Of a DNA stretch of 64,000 nucleotides, positions 61,504 through 64,000 are shown piece by piece. The position numbers and the translations under genes were made by a program. The DNA comes from Balanoglossus misakiensis. Lineage: Eukaryota > Animalia > Hemichordata. The first letter of the stretch is position 1, and each line of letters starts with the position of its first letter. The notes beneath the pieces are model-generated. The model was not told the DNA's origin. It saw nothing but the letters and a program-made list of their open reading frames with translations, and did no database searches. The stretch is taken from the NCBI GenBank assembly GCA_040954595.2, contig CM082596.2, positions 1 to 64,000 on the forward strand. Reading direction: 5' to 3'.

Positions 61504-64000
61504 GGGAAAACTAAGTGATAGACACAGCTGACAAGCTACAGCTGAGAGGTTGCAGACCTAGACGAGGTTTCACAGACAGAAGCATCACCTAAAACAAGGC
61601 CCCAGTTGTGATCATAGTCAGACATCATGGACATCATCTGTATTCCACTGTGAATTGCTCTCACAGGCATGGAAGGCAAGGTGTTGTCCTTTTTAATCAA
61701 GATTTCTTAGCATTGATAACTATCTCACTTTTTATTGATGAGCATCAAACTGACACAGAATTTATTATTAGAAACGCCATCAAATAAATGAGGGTATATT
61801 GAACAGTTATTGTACATTAATATGGTTGGTTCTATCTTTCATATGGTGCATGTGTTCAAATAACATCATCAGTAGCATGTGGGAGGTATTGACACATACA
61901 CAGACACTGAGACTATTTCAATCTCTAAAGTTGATATACCAAAATCATTGAAAACAATTTAACTTGAGTTTAATGAAAGGGATACTGCAAAAAAATGCCA
62001 TCTCTTAAATTTTTATGACACCAAATGTACTCCTTTTGTGGAAACTATTTTAAGAGATGTGCATTATTAGCGTAAAATTGCAGGTCTTTGCAAGATTTCC
62101 ATGGAAATCTATGTTAATAAGCTTTCTAAGAAGCAACTTCAACCCCGTGAAAGATAATCAATAATTACTCCGCCTCAAATTTGATCATTTATCCAATGAA
62201 CTCTACCTGGTAATTAATGACAACATGTTTGTTCATTTTATTGACAAGAAAAGTGTACAATTTTAAAGCAATTTACATTACTCCTGAAGTTGTTACAGCA
62301 AATCTGAAGGACCATTAAACTCTACATTGAATTTAATTAGCTTATTAGATGATTAACAGCAGAACTGGTTTAAGTGGCTATCATGTCAATCATGGCATGA
62401 CAGGATAAATGACAATCCATTATGGGATTCTTGAGTATCAATAGATGATGCTGTTATAAATAGATGATGATGATGATGATGAAGATGATGATGTCAGTGA
62501 AATTATGACGATGAAAATAAAAGTTATAAAATACACAATCTCAGTCTGAATGTTTCTATTTTAAAATACTGAAAACTTTGGTTTGCTATATTTTTGTATA
62601 TTCTAAAAATATTTTGAATAGATTAATTAAAGTATTCAACCATGTTGATAAATGACCTGACCTTTTCGTATTCATATATGAGAAATAGTTTTATTTCTAA
62701 GCTGATATGAAACCAGGCTGACACAAATAGTTGACTCAGAAGATGAACACAGATAACAATGATATGTAGCTTGAGGTTTAGGAGAGGAATCAGCTATGAT
62801 TGCTAGACATTGCTCTCCTGCTAAAACACAACACTGATGTCCAATGTATTTTACGGAAAGGATCTATATACTAACATCAACACGACATGTCGACAATGTG
62901 CGGGATTGGATAATATACCCGTTGCCATGACAATGATGGTAAGGCTAACGTCAGTCGATTGAGATAAAACAATTCCCCCCCCCCCCCCCCCCCCCCCAGA
63001 AAATGAAGCAGCTGGTGAAGTAGAGGGGAAATATTGTAATAAAATAAAATGACTAAAATGTTTTGTTTGTGTGGGAGAAAGATTGTTAATGTGATATGAA
63101 GAAGTAATGAATGCATCTTGCTGATTCTGCTGAGGCTATGGGGTCCTGAGTGACAGGTGGCAATGCCATGAAAGGTTGCATACATCAGTAAATACTGGGG
63201 CCCCATTCACTATATACATTTGAACACAAGACTTATCAACATGTGTATAGAGTATGCAATGATGCCGGTACACTCCATGAGCACTCACCATCAACTGCAC
63301 TTGCTGGATGGCCCACTCTTGCAGATATACAGTAATACGGAGCCGTTTCTTGCGCGACATTCTGACAATTTTCCAGCTAGGCATTTTGCTATGACGACAA
63401 TGGCAACAGGCTGGGCATTGTTGGAGCCGATCTCTAAGTCCAACACATAGACTAGCTACTGCTTGGCTACTACATGCTGTGAACTTGTTGCTATGTATGA
63501 GTGGTATCTGTCCAGTCTGATAATACACAACACGTTCTACCAGTGAATCCAGGTTTCAGCGGCTACTTGTCTCATTGTAGGTGTTCCCAATACACTACAA
63601 TTCTCCCCGGTAGACCAAGCTTTCAAATCCTTTCAACAACCTCTCACAAACAACAAAAAATCTGTCAGCTAAAAGAGACATCCACAGGCACGTCTGACCT
63701 ACTGTTAACAATGTATACGCCACCTTGCTGACACTTACGTATTGGGCTCTCCTTACAAAAACATGGCTGGGTGATACCATTTGTGTTACAGTACAGGGAA
63801 AGACAGGATGCTTACAAACCAGCTGATTTTGTCATCATTAAAACATCACTTATTTATAAATCGCACACAATTTCTTGCAAAAATTCTGAAAGACTGGTTT
63901 GAATAATTTTTTTCAAAACTGCATCATATTGAAAAATCTACTGATGGAGATTCTGAGTCGGTTTTTCTTGTTTTACGATATAGTCGAGCGTCAGCCGAGC

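Overview
Eukaryotic genomic DNA with GT-AG introns, probably from a marine invertebrate deuterostome (inferred from gene structure and repeat types). 1-12 kb is a GC/CpG-rich block of four satellites (59, 46/32, 52 and 48 bp units); the first three are clearly related. The huge ORFs there are repeat artefacts. 12-20 kb holds a ~281-bp tandem array in which each unit looks like one exon plus one intron on the minus strand, downstream of an octamer+TATA promoter candidate. 23.6-58 kb (minus strand) is the 3' half of a Trio/kalirin RhoGEF-kinase gene: 28 phase-consistent exons traced by hand, ~1400 aa, DH2-PH2-SH3-Ig-FN3-kinase, with candidate internal first and last exons. The most unusual object is a 2.24-kb TA-flanked IS630/Tc1/mariner element (26017-28258) in a kinase intron. 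It has a D37E catalytic spacing, >600-bp TIRs that contain transposase coding sequence, and a divergent second ORF encoding a SAM-domain protein. Also present: a Penelope-like fragment with hammerhead-like motifs nested in a TTAA element, and a 92-bp VNTR that multiplies a splice donor. All coordinates were read by eye; no database searches were run.
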